Origin: a virus | Strand: one strand, 5' to 3' | Virus record (IMG/VR): IMGVR_UViG_3300037466_003456 | Coordinates: 1-64,000 of that record | DNA: 64,000 bases | Shown: in pieces, positions 19,689 to 30,000 of the stretch | How the letters are laid out: each line of letters begins with the position of its first letter | How positions within the stretch are numbered: position 1 is the first letter of the stretch | The notes under the pieces: generated by a model | Seen by the model: the letters and a program-made list of their open reading frames with translations, nothing else | Told to the model about the DNA's origin: nothing | The model's database searches: none | Position numbers and translations under genes: made by a program

Positions 19689-21068
19689 ATGACACAATAT
19701 GTGGATATTGAGTTTAGGGAACGAGTAACGTCCGCCCCTTTAAATAAAAGATTTAAAGATATTACTGGCCCTGCTATTCTAAGTGGATTCCGGTTGGATT
19801 TAGGAAGTGTAGACTTCTCTATTAGTCTTAAAAAAGGTGACTATAGCAGCAGTGTCGCCATACATCCTAGTGGAGTCAGAATCGAGGAAGACCGAGACTT
19901 ACTGGATGTAGTGGACATTGAGCCCAATGATTTAAATGAAGGAAATCCAAGGGTGGATTCGATTTATCTCGTATATAGCTTCGGAACGGAAGGAATTCCG
20001 GCATCTTATGTGGTCGTACATGGAATAGGAGGCGAAGATACACCATCTCCTAATCCTAACCCAAATACTCACTTACTCTTAGGATATATCAATGTTCCTC
20101 CTAATGGAGTGGCACCTAAAGTTACTGACTTAACTTCTGTGAATATTGGGATCAATACCCTTGAGGTTGCAAATAGTGCAACATTCAGGGGAGGTGCTAC
20201 CTTTAAGGATAAAGTAGTATTTGAAAAGTCGGTCGTGTTTCTTGATGGAACAGATGGAGTGGAAGACCCGAATGGTTCGTTTTTTGAGCAATTGTCCTAT
20301 CCTATCGTTGCAACGGCAGGGCAGCAAACGTTCACCGTCCCTAAAGGATACGCACCAAAGACAAATAGTTTGAAAGTATACAAGGATTGGGTTATCCAAC
20401 CTCCGAGTGTGTATGATGAAAATTCATCGACAACTTTCCGTTTCTTAGATCCGTTAAAGGGCGGAGAGAAAATCTGGTTCGAATGGGCGCGTAACATCTC
20501 CTTATACAAACCAGAAGATCATAATCACGATACTTTGTATTACCGGAAGAACGAAGTGAATAATAGAAGCCTTCATTATTCCACAGATTTTTTTGCAGGA
20601 CCTATCGGCCGTGTGATCAATCATTATTTTGGCACATTGGATTATATCGTCTTGCCTCCTGTGACCACGGACAAAGCCGCCGATGTGGGAGAAGTAACCG
20701 TCCAAAAACAAGAGGATTCCATAGTTGTGTACAATACAGGAACGTATAGAGGGAAATTCGACATTTCCTACTATCTAAAAAATTCCTTTCAATACACACC
20801 GAATAATGAGGACATTGGGATGTTTGATATCACATCCACTGATTTGGATGCGAACAATAACAACTGGAAAGCCGTTAGTTATAAACGTTCGGACGGAACC
20901 CTCTATCTTAAAACAACCCTTGAAAATTACGACGCTAGAGGATACTATCGTCGGATAAAAATTGATTATTATAACACAACGGGGACAACGGTTATTGATA
21001 CGAAAAGATATGCCTTAGATTATAACGACAAAGGCATAATCTATCAAAAAACTCTTATTCCAGGATAA
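19689..21068 (+). CDS. Probable tail fibre/baseplate accessory protein
   Basis: 459 aa; PRVDSIYL...LLLGYINV and VATAGQQTFTVP motifs recalled from fibre-base proteins. Confidence 0.5.
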   Translation: MTQYVDIEFRERVTSAPLNKRFKDITGPAILSGFRLDLGSVDFSISLKKGDYSSSVAIHPSGVRIEEDRDLLDVVDIEPNDLNEGNPRVDSIYLVYSFGTEGIPASYVVVHGIGGEDTPSPNPNPNTHLLLGYINVPPNGVAPKVTDLTSVNIGINTLEVANSATFRGGATFKDKVVFEKSVVFLDGTDGVEDPNGSFFEQLSYPIVATAGQQTFTVPKGYAPKTNSLKVYKDWVIQPPSVYDENSSTTFRFLDPLKGGEKIWFEWARNISLYKPEDHNHDTLYYRKNEVNNRSLHYSTDFFAGPIGRVINHYFGTLDYIVLPPVTTDKAADVGEVTVQKQEDSIVVYNTGTYRGKFDISYYLKNSFQYTPNNEDIGMFDITSTDLDANNNNWKAVSYKRSDGTLYLKTTLENYDARGYYRRIKIDYYNTTGTTVIDTKRYALDYNDKGIIYQKTLIPG

Positions 21069-21071
21069 ATG

Positions 21072-21105
21072 AAATAGGACGGGATTCGCCATCCTGTCCT
21101 ATTTT
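21072..21105 (+). terminator. Intrinsic terminator
   Basis: AATAGGAC-GGGAT...ATCC-T-GTCCTATTTT after the 19689..21068 stop. Confidence 0.6.
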
Positions 21106-21132
21106 CAAATATAAACAAAGGAGTGAAATGAT

Positions 21133-21615
21133 ATGGCAGCACCATTAACTATAGAACAAATGATTATGAATCATAACATTGGCGTGAATATTTCCGATGC
21201 AGATTCGTTAGAGGGTCATAAAGCATCAGAATTCTCCTTGGTGGGACATAAACATAGCGCTTCGGATATTAATTCGGGAACGATGGGAACAGCCTATTTA
21301 CCTTCGGCTTCTACCACGGCAAAAGGGATTGTACAGTTGTCCTCCAATACGGATAGTACGGATGCGACAACCGCAGCAACCCCTTATGCAGTAAATCAAG
21401 TCAAAGCATTAGCGCAGGGAAAAGCGGATGCCGTTCACAAACATGCCGCCGCCGATATTAATGCGGGAACCTTTCCAGGGCGGATGGTGGCTCTTAGTGA
21501 GGATACAGCTGGGGTCCCATTCATCCGCAATATCATTGTTTCCACCATTCCACCTACCTCCTCTGTTGGAAAAGATGGCGATCTGTACTTTATCTATAAA
21601 GACGTTATAATCTAA
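21133..21615 (+). CDS. Short tail-fibre-repeat protein
   Basis: ASTTAKGIVQLSS...AATPYAV fibre repeat and two H-x-H motifs (HKHSASDI, HKHAAADI). Confidence 0.7.
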   Translation: MAAPLTIEQMIMNHNIGVNISDADSLEGHKASEFSLVGHKHSASDINSGTMGTAYLPSASTTAKGIVQLSSNTDSTDATTAATPYAVNQVKALAQGKADAVHKHAAADINAGTFPGRMVALSEDTAGVPFIRNIIVSTIPPTSSVGKDGDLYFIYKDVII

Positions 21616-21635
21616 GGCTCGGAGGTGAGAAAACC

Positions 21636-23156
21636 GTGACTGGTTATATAAAGGTAAATGGCGTTCAAAAAGAAATCATTGGTGCTTATTTTAAAAAAAA
21701 TGGCGTTTGGAAACAAGGAATGGTGATGTCTAATAAGGTCAATGGGGTGTGGAAGGATGTATGGACAAGCGCCTATGATACACCAACAGGTTTAACCTAT
21801 CCGACTACAGCTCAACGTGGCAGTTCGTTTACATGGACAGCTACTGCGGTTTCGGGTTCGGCTTATGAACTCCAAGCGAAATTAGGAAGCGGCACTTGGG
21901 GTGCTTCTCAATTTTTCACAAACAATAGCAATTCTTATACGGTCACAACGGATGTGACGATTAATTCATTACAGCTAAGAGTGAGAACCGTTGATCCGAC
22001 TGATCATTCCAAACCGAGCGATTGGGTGACAGGTGCAGTAACAAGTTTAACGCCACAAAAACTTGCTACACCTACAGGTTTCACCGTTCCTACCAGCATT
22101 ACGAGAGGTCAAAAGATTCATCTTTCGTGGAATGGTCTAGCTGGAGTATCGTATGCTGTTGAGGTTTACTATAAAAACAGTGCGGGTACGGCGACTCTTG
22201 CGACACAACTTGGAGTCATGACACTTGCAGCAAACGGAACCACCGGCATTGATTATACAGTCGTTACCGATACATCAAAAGTAAAAATCTATTTTAAATT
22301 GAAGGGTTCGAAAACGGGATATTCCGATAGCGACTATGTAACATCATCTGAAGTTACATTGACTGCGCAAAAACTTGGAGCCGTTACTACAATGAATGTT
22401 CCAACTCCTGTAAAAGGCGCAACCATCACCATCACTTGGGGATCAGTTACGAGTGCTGAATCGTATCAACTGGAAGTTATTTATGATAATCAAACATCGT
22501 TTACGCGAATTTATACAGGCGGCACTCGTTCATTTAATTACACCCTGCCTAAAGACAAAGGTTATGTTCAATTCAGAGTGAGAGCAACCGCTACTAACTA
22601 TGCGGTCGGAGATTGGCATTATGCCTGGAATAATGGCGAGATTGGTGTTAAAATCCAAGACCCACCACTTAAAAACAAGACATGGACAGCGACGTGGACA
22701 GGGAACTGGAGACCAAACTTCGGTGGCCAATGGAACAACGAGAATAATTATGTGTACCAAGGTAAGTGGACAGATTCGGGTGGTACATGGGGGAACTACA
22801 AAGGGATGGCGATATTCAATTATCAGGACATCCAAAACACTTTGGAGGGTAAAGATATTGAAAAGGTTCAACTTTATTTTTACCGGGTGAATGCAGGTGG
22901 TTACGTGGCAGGTCAAGCGATAACCCTCTATACTCACAACTACTCCTCTCATCCTGATGGGGAACCTTCCTATTGGTTTGTTCAGGGACCGTTCAGTTCT
23001 TTTGCGCGGGGAGAAGGGAAATGGATTACAGTTGATAATTCGGTAGCAGAGAGACTTCGAGATGGAACAGCCAAAGGGATCGGTCTTTACCGTTCCGATG
23101 GGGCAGGGTACTTGTTCATGTCGACGAATGTCCAGCTATACGTTGAATATAGGTAA
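21636..23156 (+). CDS. Tail fibre tip / receptor-binding protein with Fn3-like repeats
   Basis: Three Fn3-like repeats (PTGLTYP, PTGFTVP, VTTMNVP) followed by a Trp/Gly-rich C-terminal domain. Confidence 0.65.
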   Translation: MTGYIKVNGVQKEIIGAYFKKNGVWKQGMVMSNKVNGVWKDVWTSAYDTPTGLTYPTTAQRGSSFTWTATAVSGSAYELQAKLGSGTWGASQFFTNNSNSYTVTTDVTINSLQLRVRTVDPTDHSKPSDWVTGAVTSLTPQKLATPTGFTVPTSITRGQKIHLSWNGLAGVSYAVEVYYKNSAGTATLATQLGVMTLAANGTTGIDYTVVTDTSKVKIYFKLKGSKTGYSDSDYVTSSEVTLTAQKLGAVTTMNVPTPVKGATITITWGSVTSAESYQLEVIYDNQTSFTRIYTGGTRSFNYTLPKDKGYVQFRVRATATNYAVGDWHYAWNNGEIGVKIQDPPLKNKTWTATWTGNWRPNFGGQWNNENNYVYQGKWTDSGGTWGNYKGMAIFNYQDIQNTLEGKDIEKVQLYFYRVNAGGYVAGQAITLYTHNYSSHPDGEPSYWFVQGPFSSFARGEGKWITVDNSVAERLRDGTAKGIGLYRSDGAGYLFMSTNVQLYVEYR

Positions 23157-23165
23157 TTAGTCCTA
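23150..23165 (+). promoter_or_regulatory. Copy of 16-bp motif upstream of endolysin
   Basis: TAGGTAATTAGTCCTA, followed by TGATAAAAT, an extended -10-like element. Confidence 0.4.
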
Positions 23166-23208
23166 CTAATATGATAAAATAAAAGTAACAAATAAGGGAG
23201 GGATATTT

Positions 23209-23931
23209 ATGTTTAAGATTTCATTGAGCGCAGGCCACGGTTTAGGTACGCCCGGAAAACGCTCACCTGATGGTATGCATGAGTGGGAATTTAATGGTGC
23301 CGTTGTTACGAAAATGGTTCAATTGTTTTCCCAATACAAGGATGTAGCTGTGAAACGATTGGACAATCCAACTGGTGCGACAGACATTCCATTGAAGGAT
23401 CGTGCTGCCGCCTCTGATGCCTTCGGAGCAAACTTCCATCTGGATGTTCACGCCAATGCCTCCGGTTCCACCTGGAACGATGCAAATGGCATTGAAACCT
23501 TCTGTTATAAAATGCAGGGTGTAGGCTATGAAGTGGCTAAGAAACTTCAAAAAGCTTTAATCGACGCGACAGGACTTAAGGATCGTGGCGTGAAAGATGG
23601 AGAAGATCTATACATGATCAATCATCCGAAAGCGCCAGCTGCCTTAGTGGAATGCGGATTCATGACCAATCAAAAGGAAGCGGCCCTTTTAAAATCAGAC
23701 GATTATCGTACGAAAGTAGCAAACGCATTGGTAAGTGCATTTGCCTCTCACTTTGGATTGGTGAAGGTACAGCCTGCTCCAACTCCTGTCACTCCAGCAA
23801 AACCGACTCCTTCTGTAACTGGAAAGTTGTACAAGGTGCAAGTTGGGGCATTTAGCAAGAAGGAAAATGCAGATGCCTTAATTAAAGACTTAGCTGTAAA
23901 AGGCTTTAAGGGTGCAGTCATTTATGAATAA
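23209..23931 (+). CDS. Endolysin: N-acetylmuramoyl-L-alanine amidase (Amidase_3) with C-terminal SPOR domain
   Basis: SAGHG, EWEFN, DVHANA and LVECGFMTN zinc-amidase motifs; YKVQVGAFSKKENA SPOR motif. Confidence 0.92.
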   Translation: MFKISLSAGHGLGTPGKRSPDGMHEWEFNGAVVTKMVQLFSQYKDVAVKRLDNPTGATDIPLKDRAAASDAFGANFHLDVHANASGSTWNDANGIETFCYKMQGVGYEVAKKLQKALIDATGLKDRGVKDGEDLYMINHPKAPAALVECGFMTNQKEAALLKSDDYRTKVANALVSAFASHFGLVKVQPAPTPVTPAKPTPSVTGKLYKVQVGAFSKKENADALIKDLAVKGFKGAVIYE

Positions 23932-24112
23932 TCAAAACCGTTGGAAATCCTATATATTATGGGCTGCCGTTGCCGCGTTAGTTGGCGATGCTCTCATTGA
24001 TTTGGGGTTATTAGGGGATTTAAATAAGTTTAATAGTTACGTAGATAAGGTGTTTTATATCTTGATGTTGTTAGGGATTGTCAATAACCCAACAAATAAA
24101 ACAGGATTATGA
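23924..24112 (+). CDS. Holin
   Basis: 62 aa, two hydrophobic segments, GIVNNPT motif; overlaps the endolysin stop. Confidence 0.8.
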   Translation: MNNQNRWKSYILWAAVAALVGDALIDLGLLGDLNKFNSYVDKVFYILMLLGIVNNPTNKTGL

Positions 24113-24118
24113 TCAGAG

Positions 24119-24150
24119 GAAAGACTCATATTATTGAGTCTTTCTTTTTT
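24119..24150 (+). terminator. Intrinsic terminator after the lysis cassette
   Basis: GAAAGACTCA-TATTAT-TGAGTCTTTC-TTTTTT. Confidence 0.8.
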
Positions 24151-24199
24151 GCTCACTAATTCTTAAAACAACCGTATAAAAAAAATGATAGAATACAAC

Positions 24200-24215
24200 T
24201 AGGATAATAGTCCTA
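24200..24215 (+). promoter_or_regulatory. Copy of 16-bp motif, 5 nt downstream of a TAGAAT box
   Basis: TAGGATAATAGTCCTA (TAGGA/TCCTA inverted repeat), upstream of the adhesin cassette. Confidence 0.45.
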
Positions 24216-24234
24216 TATAAAGGAGGGAGACGTA

Positions 24235-25128
24235 ATGCCTCAAAAGATACAAGTAAAACGTGGAGCAAAGGCAAAACTGCAAAGTTATACATTGAGTGAT
24301 GGAGAGCTTGGTTGGGCAACTGATACGAAAGAACTGTTTATCGGAACTGGCCTCACAAATATTCCAATCAATCCATTAGTTTACAATACTGAAGCTGAGG
24401 TGCAAAGCGCCTTTCCAAGTGGAACGGATATGCCAGTATGGGTCAAATCAACAAAAAGATGGTATTTCTGGGATGACGGAACAACACCATCAGATATTAC
24501 ACCACCGACTGTTGTAGTTAACGTTCTGGGTGGAACGTATACATCAGTTCAGAATGTAAATCTAAGCACGGAGGCTGGGGCAATCATTTATTATACCTTA
24601 GATGGTTCGACACCGACCCAGACAAGTTCTGTTTATACAGCTGCTTTAGTCATCAGTTCTTCTAAAGTATTAAAGTATTTCGCGAAGGACTCGGCTGGCA
24701 ATGTTTCCGATGTTCAAACACAAACATATACCATCAATATGGATACGACGGCTCCGACAGTTACTGTCTATCCAACGCCGGGCGCTTACACAAGCAGTCA
24801 AAGTGTAACATTTACTACTAACGAGACTGCGACCATCTATTACACCAAAGACGGTAGTACGCCAACAACAGGTAGTTCGGTATACACAAGCGCTATCGTT
24901 CTTAATGCGACGGGTACGATCAAATATTTTGCAAAAGACGTGGCAGGCAATTCGAGTGGGATTCAAACAGCGACATATACCATTAACATTCCAGATGCTA
25001 CTCCGCCTAGCTCAGTCCAAGGATTAAAAGTGGCAGCGGCTACCCAAAACAGCATCACTGTAAGCTGGAACGCTAATACAGAACCGGACCTTGCTGGGTA
25101 CGAAGTCTCTATATCCGAGGTCGTTTAA
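24235..25128 (+). CDS. Virion adaptor: fibre-type N-terminal domain, two chitobiase-C/Fn3-associated repeats and an N-terminal half Fn3
   Basis: KIQVKRG...DGELGWATDTKELFIG; two IYYTxDGSTP repeats; ends mid-Fn3 (SITVSWNANTEPDLAGYEVSISEVV). Confidence 0.7.
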   Translation: MPQKIQVKRGAKAKLQSYTLSDGELGWATDTKELFIGTGLTNIPINPLVYNTEAEVQSAFPSGTDMPVWVKSTKRWYFWDDGTTPSDITPPTVVVNVLGGTYTSVQNVNLSTEAGAIIYYTLDGSTPTQTSSVYTAALVISSSKVLKYFAKDSAGNVSDVQTQTYTINMDTTAPTVTVYPTPGAYTSSQSVTFTTNETATIYYTKDGSTPTTGSSVYTSAIVLNATGTIKYFAKDVAGNSSGIQTATYTINIPDATPPSSVQGLKVAAATQNSITVSWNANTEPDLAGYEVSISEVV

Positions 25129-25158
25129 TATCCTGAAAAGGAAAATGGAGGGACTATA

Positions 25159-27033
25159 ATGGCAACAACCACTAATACGAGTTATACCTTTACCGGGCTA
25201 TCGCCAGGAAAGTCTTATCAAATCACAGTTTCAGCAAAAGATAATGCTGGAAACTCATCCACTCCCGTTTCCATTATTGGAAATACGAGTGCGGAAACTC
25301 CACTAGATACGACTGCGCCAACTGTTGATATTTCTCCAGCTGCGGGAACTTATACATCTACGCAGAATGTCACCTTGACGGCGAACGAGCCAGCAACCAT
25401 TTTTTACACACTGGATGGTACTACTCCAACAGCAAGCAGTCCTGTATACAATTCGCCTATCAGCATTTCTGGATCCGCAACCCTTAAATATTTTGCAAAG
25501 GATACTTCTGGGAATTCAAGTTTGGTGCAAACGGCTGTATATACAATCAATATTCCTGATACTACTCCGCCATTGAATGTAGCAACAATTACTCCGACCA
25601 CGGTTACAGATACTAGCGTCACCTTGACTTGGACTGCGAGTGAATCAAATGACGTGGCGTCCTATGATGTATTCAATGGTGCTGCGAAACTAGGAAACAC
25701 TACATCACTCACTTATACTATAAACTCTTTGACAGCGGGAACGGACTATACCTTCTGGGTAAAGGCAGTAGATGGGGCCGGAAACAGTTCGAGTGGGACA
25801 AGCGTAAGTGTAAGAACTTCGGTACCGTTGGATACTACTCCGCCAGTACTTACGATTACACAGGGAGGAAATTTCTATAATACTAAGACCATTACAATGA
25901 GCGCGAACGAAGCAGCGACCATTTACTATACAACGGATAATAGTGATCCTGTAACATCAGGTACAAGAATGATCTATACGTCTGCTCTCACTCTTTCCAG
26001 TACAACGACCATCAAAGCATATGCGGTGGACGGAAGCAACAATGCTAGTGGGGTTCAGACTGTGACGTACACACAAGTAGCATATGTAACGAATGGACTT
26101 CAGGTTTACTATGACTTTGCCAGCCTCAACTCGACACCTACTACAGTGACGGATTCGAGTGGTAATGGGAATACGGGAACATTAAAAAATTACTCTGGTT
26201 CATATGGAAGCGGCGTGATAAACGGAGAATTAGTCGGGGATGGTACAGGTGATTACATTACAATTCCTTCGAAGTCAACATTGAAAACTTATCCGTTTAC
26301 AGTCGAATTCTATGCCAGTTTTAGACGAGATCAAGCGGATGCGGCTGGGTCATTCAAATTATTCTCCGATGCATCTGGCACAGGAACAGGTAATGGTGTA
26401 TCAGTGAATCTTAATACGATAAAACATGCAACAACACCTAATACAATCTATCTTAGCGGTCCTGTTTCACAGCCTAACTACGGTGTTTCTTTTAATGCAT
26501 TTGATAACGTGTATCATCATATCGTTGCGGTATTTGGTTCAAATTACCAAAAAATATATGTGGACAACGTTTTGTTAGGTACAGGTAACCAAACTTCTAC
26601 TGCTACTTTAGGTGACAGGGTACTCGCTTTATTCGCAGATAATGACACCGTTTCTGCCTCTGCTACAACATTACAGCACTCCGCTCGATTATTCCGATTC
26701 TATAATCGTGAACTAACACAAGCGGAAGTAACACAGAACTATAATAATTTACCTTCAAGCTTTACACCAGGAGATTACAAAGCTCCAATCGCTACGTTCT
26801 CTCCAGCTCCTGGTACATATACAGGGGCACAGACCATCACTATTACGTTAGATGATGCAGACGGAGCTGAGGTATATTACACCACAAACGGAACGATTCC
26901 GAATATAACAAATGCTTCACAAAAATACACGGCTCCATTTACTATTTCAGCAACTTGTCGTATCAGCTATATTCCGAAAGACGCAGCGGGTAACAAAACT
27001 GCGATGAAGTATGTTGATTACACAATTAATTAA
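25159..27033 (+). CDS. Adhesin-like protein: C-half Fn3, IYYT repeats, intact Fn3 and LamG-like domain
   Basis: Starts MATTTNTSYTFTGLSPGKSY; LQVYYDF...FYNRELTQAEVTQNY is LamG-like; RBS GGAGGG. Confidence 0.75.
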   Translation: MATTTNTSYTFTGLSPGKSYQITVSAKDNAGNSSTPVSIIGNTSAETPLDTTAPTVDISPAAGTYTSTQNVTLTANEPATIFYTLDGTTPTASSPVYNSPISISGSATLKYFAKDTSGNSSLVQTAVYTINIPDTTPPLNVATITPTTVTDTSVTLTWTASESNDVASYDVFNGAAKLGNTTSLTYTINSLTAGTDYTFWVKAVDGAGNSSSGTSVSVRTSVPLDTTPPVLTITQGGNFYNTKTITMSANEAATIYYTTDNSDPVTSGTRMIYTSALTLSSTTTIKAYAVDGSNNASGVQTVTYTQVAYVTNGLQVYYDFASLNSTPTTVTDSSGNGNTGTLKNYSGSYGSGVINGELVGDGTGDYITIPSKSTLKTYPFTVEFYASFRRDQADAAGSFKLFSDASGTGTGNGVSVNLNTIKHATTPNTIYLSGPVSQPNYGVSFNAFDNVYHHIVAVFGSNYQKIYVDNVLLGTGNQTSTATLGDRVLALFADNDTVSASATTLQHSARLFRFYNRELTQAEVTQNYNNLPSSFTPGDYKAPIATFSPAPGTYTGAQTITITLDDADGAEVYYTTNGTIPNITNASQKYTAPFTISATCRISYIPKDAAGNKTAMKYVDYTIN

Positions 27034-27081
27034 AAGTGGGGGGGATTTGCCCCCCTCTGTTAAAAAAGGAGGTAGGATTCA

Positions 27082-30000
27082 TTGGCCACAACAAGTAGTA
27101 CGAACTATACCTTTACAGATCTGACGCCTTTGACCGATTACGAAATTGATGTAAAAGCAAAAGATACATCGGGAAACTTATCGTCTATTGCTTCGATAAC
27201 GTACAAGACCCCTGACGTAGATAGTACGCCCCCTGAATTGACCGTCCCAGATAGTGGGACCTTCAACGGAACAAAAACGATAGCTTTTACCACAAACGAG
27301 CCATCGACGATTTATTACACACAAGATGGTTCCATACCAACTCGTGCTAGTTCGGTTTATACTGACCCGATTGTTTTAACAGATTCAAAAGCTGTTAAAG
27401 CCTTTGCAGTGGACTGGCAAGGAAATGAGAGTGATGTAAAGGTTGGAACCTATACGAGGAACTTTGAACCGGATGAAAAGTATTTAGATCTCGATGGAGT
27501 GACTAGTGGCATTGTGACAGCTAGTTCTATTACTACTACGGCAATAGAAATGGATGTAATGTTTTATGATCGCGCTCCGACTGATAGCGGGACGATTGTA
27601 GAGCAAAACTATCAATGGGTTAGACGGCAATCCCCAAATGATAATATCTCAAACGGGTATTATTCAGTATTCGTAGACGGAAACCCTACTACAAACGCAA
27701 CACCCTTTCTGCCCGCTAATAAGAAGGTAACAGTCCGTTTGGTTAATACCAATCCAATGACCGCCAAGGTATACATTGGGGTATCATGGAACAACGGTTC
27801 CCGATTAAAAGCAAGGCTATATGGGCTTCGTTTTTTTAATGGCGGCGCATTGATTGGAAAATACGATTTTACTAAAGGGAATGCCAATGACTTATCAGGA
27901 AGCAATACCGTATTAAGCCTATATGGTACACCTACTTATAGATTCCCTGATTCACCAAAATTGACTGCTCCAACAGAGGTACAGGATATTCATGTATCAA
28001 GTACGATGACCTCCAATACCATTGCCTGGTCCGAGCCAGTCGATGCTGATTACAGTCATGTGAGATTGCTGCGTAATGGCGTGGAGCTGTTCGATGATTT
28101 GACAGGAAATCTATTCGTGGATAAAGGGCTAAAGCCGAATACTTCTTATACTTACCGGCTTATTTCAACGGACAATTACGGAAATGAAAGTTTGGGAACA
28201 AAGCTGGTATTATCGACGTTACCAGACACTTCGATCGTTCCAGAAGTATCGAGTGTTGCCCAAACCCATACCCATGATTCGGTGAAGCTGACATGGACAA
28301 ATCCTTTTGACCCATATACTTCCGTGAAAATTTATCGAAATGGTACTGCTATTGCAAGTGATTTAATGGGAACGGAATATACGGATAACGGATTGAGTTT
28401 AGGAACGACTTATAACTATAAGATCGTTGTTGTTGGAGTGACCGGAAAAGAAAGTGCAGGAACATCGATTAGTGCGACTACCGACGCTACACCAACTGTA
28501 ATGGCATTATATATGTACGGTAACAGTTATCGGAACTGGATTGAGACTCCTTCTGTTACGTATAACCGACTCGTCTTGGATTTTAAACTTCCTGACCAAA
28601 CAATTATTCCGCCAAATGGTACGTTTATTCTTTTAAATACGGGTCAAGAAACATTTGGAAATAAAGTGTTCTATTCACCTACGGGAACAGAAACGGTCAA
28701 TCACACTGTAGCTCCCGGAGGATTAATTGTTAATGGAGTGCCCGCATCGACGGGAACCAACTTTATTACTCCGAATACACGGACTGTTTTCGATATGACA
28801 TTAGGCTCAACGGTTACCGAAGTTATTCGTGTGTTTGGTACACATAGTGCTTCACCATCCCCAGAAGGATACGTGTATAGTCTAAAAGCGTATAACGGAG
28901 ATAATTTAATTCTTCATTACGACATGGGAAAAGGTACTCTGAATGACCAGTCCGGCAATAACAAAAACGGTAAAATTGTAGGTGTCGGGGGTAAATGGTT
29001 AAAATCAAGCGACCCATATGTAGATACCACTCCACCACCAGACGTGGCGAATTTAGAAGCAGCAAGTGTTACAGGAACAGGTTGCGTTCTTAAATGGACT
29101 GAGATATTCAAGGCGACTGATTTTGCTCGTTACGATATCTATAAAAATGATGTACTACTTGGGAACGTAACAGGCCTTTCATACACTGTATCGGGATTGA
29201 CTGCTGATAATTTGTATAAATTTACAGTTAAAGCGGTGGATACAAAAGGAAACTTCAGTGTCGGGGAATCTGTACAGGTTCTTACATCAACAGCGATGTC
29301 TACGGTCATTCCGCCTGTAGCAGATTCCATCTTGTTCGATTTGAATTTAATCAAGAACAAAGGCTCGTGGAATCGTACAGTATATGATCGGGTGAGCAAC
29401 GTAAAAGTAGACCTGCCTAATGCTTTTGGTACAGACAAATTTAATAACATAGACTTTGGTTTCATTAATGATAAAGGTTACACCATTTATGAACAAGGTA
29501 GGGCAACCATCAACACTGGCGGGACGGCACTTGCATCAGGAATCAATATGTCGAGTGGCATCACACTTGAGTTCTTAATGGCGGCTCAACCTGTAAGAGC
29601 GATGCTAATTACTAGTACCCAGTTTGAATTAAAGAGTGATCCGAACGGTTTTACCCTAAAGTATACGTATTTAGATTTTTCAGGAGTGCAAAAGACTTAC
29701 AGTGCGGGTACTTCTAATACTGCTAAATTTACGAATCTGGATACTCTAGGCACACCAACCAACCCGTATACAGATACGTTAAGGCCAAAAGGAGAGCTAA
29801 ACTTAGTCACTGTCCGACTTAATACAAATGGTACGGTAGACGTAATTGGAAACACGTACAAATATCGTGTAGCCGCTCCAGCTGATTTCTCTTCGTATGT
29901 GAATTGTTTTAATCAAGCTTCAATGACATTTGGCGGTTTTGGGTTTATAGATAATACCCAAATTATGACTATGGGTAAAATCGTCATTCACAATCGGCTC

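Noticed and set aside
21096-21101. GTCCTA as a further copy of the 16-bp operator motif
   Set aside because: It is the 3' arm of the terminator hairpin at 21072-21105 and lacks the rest of the motif.
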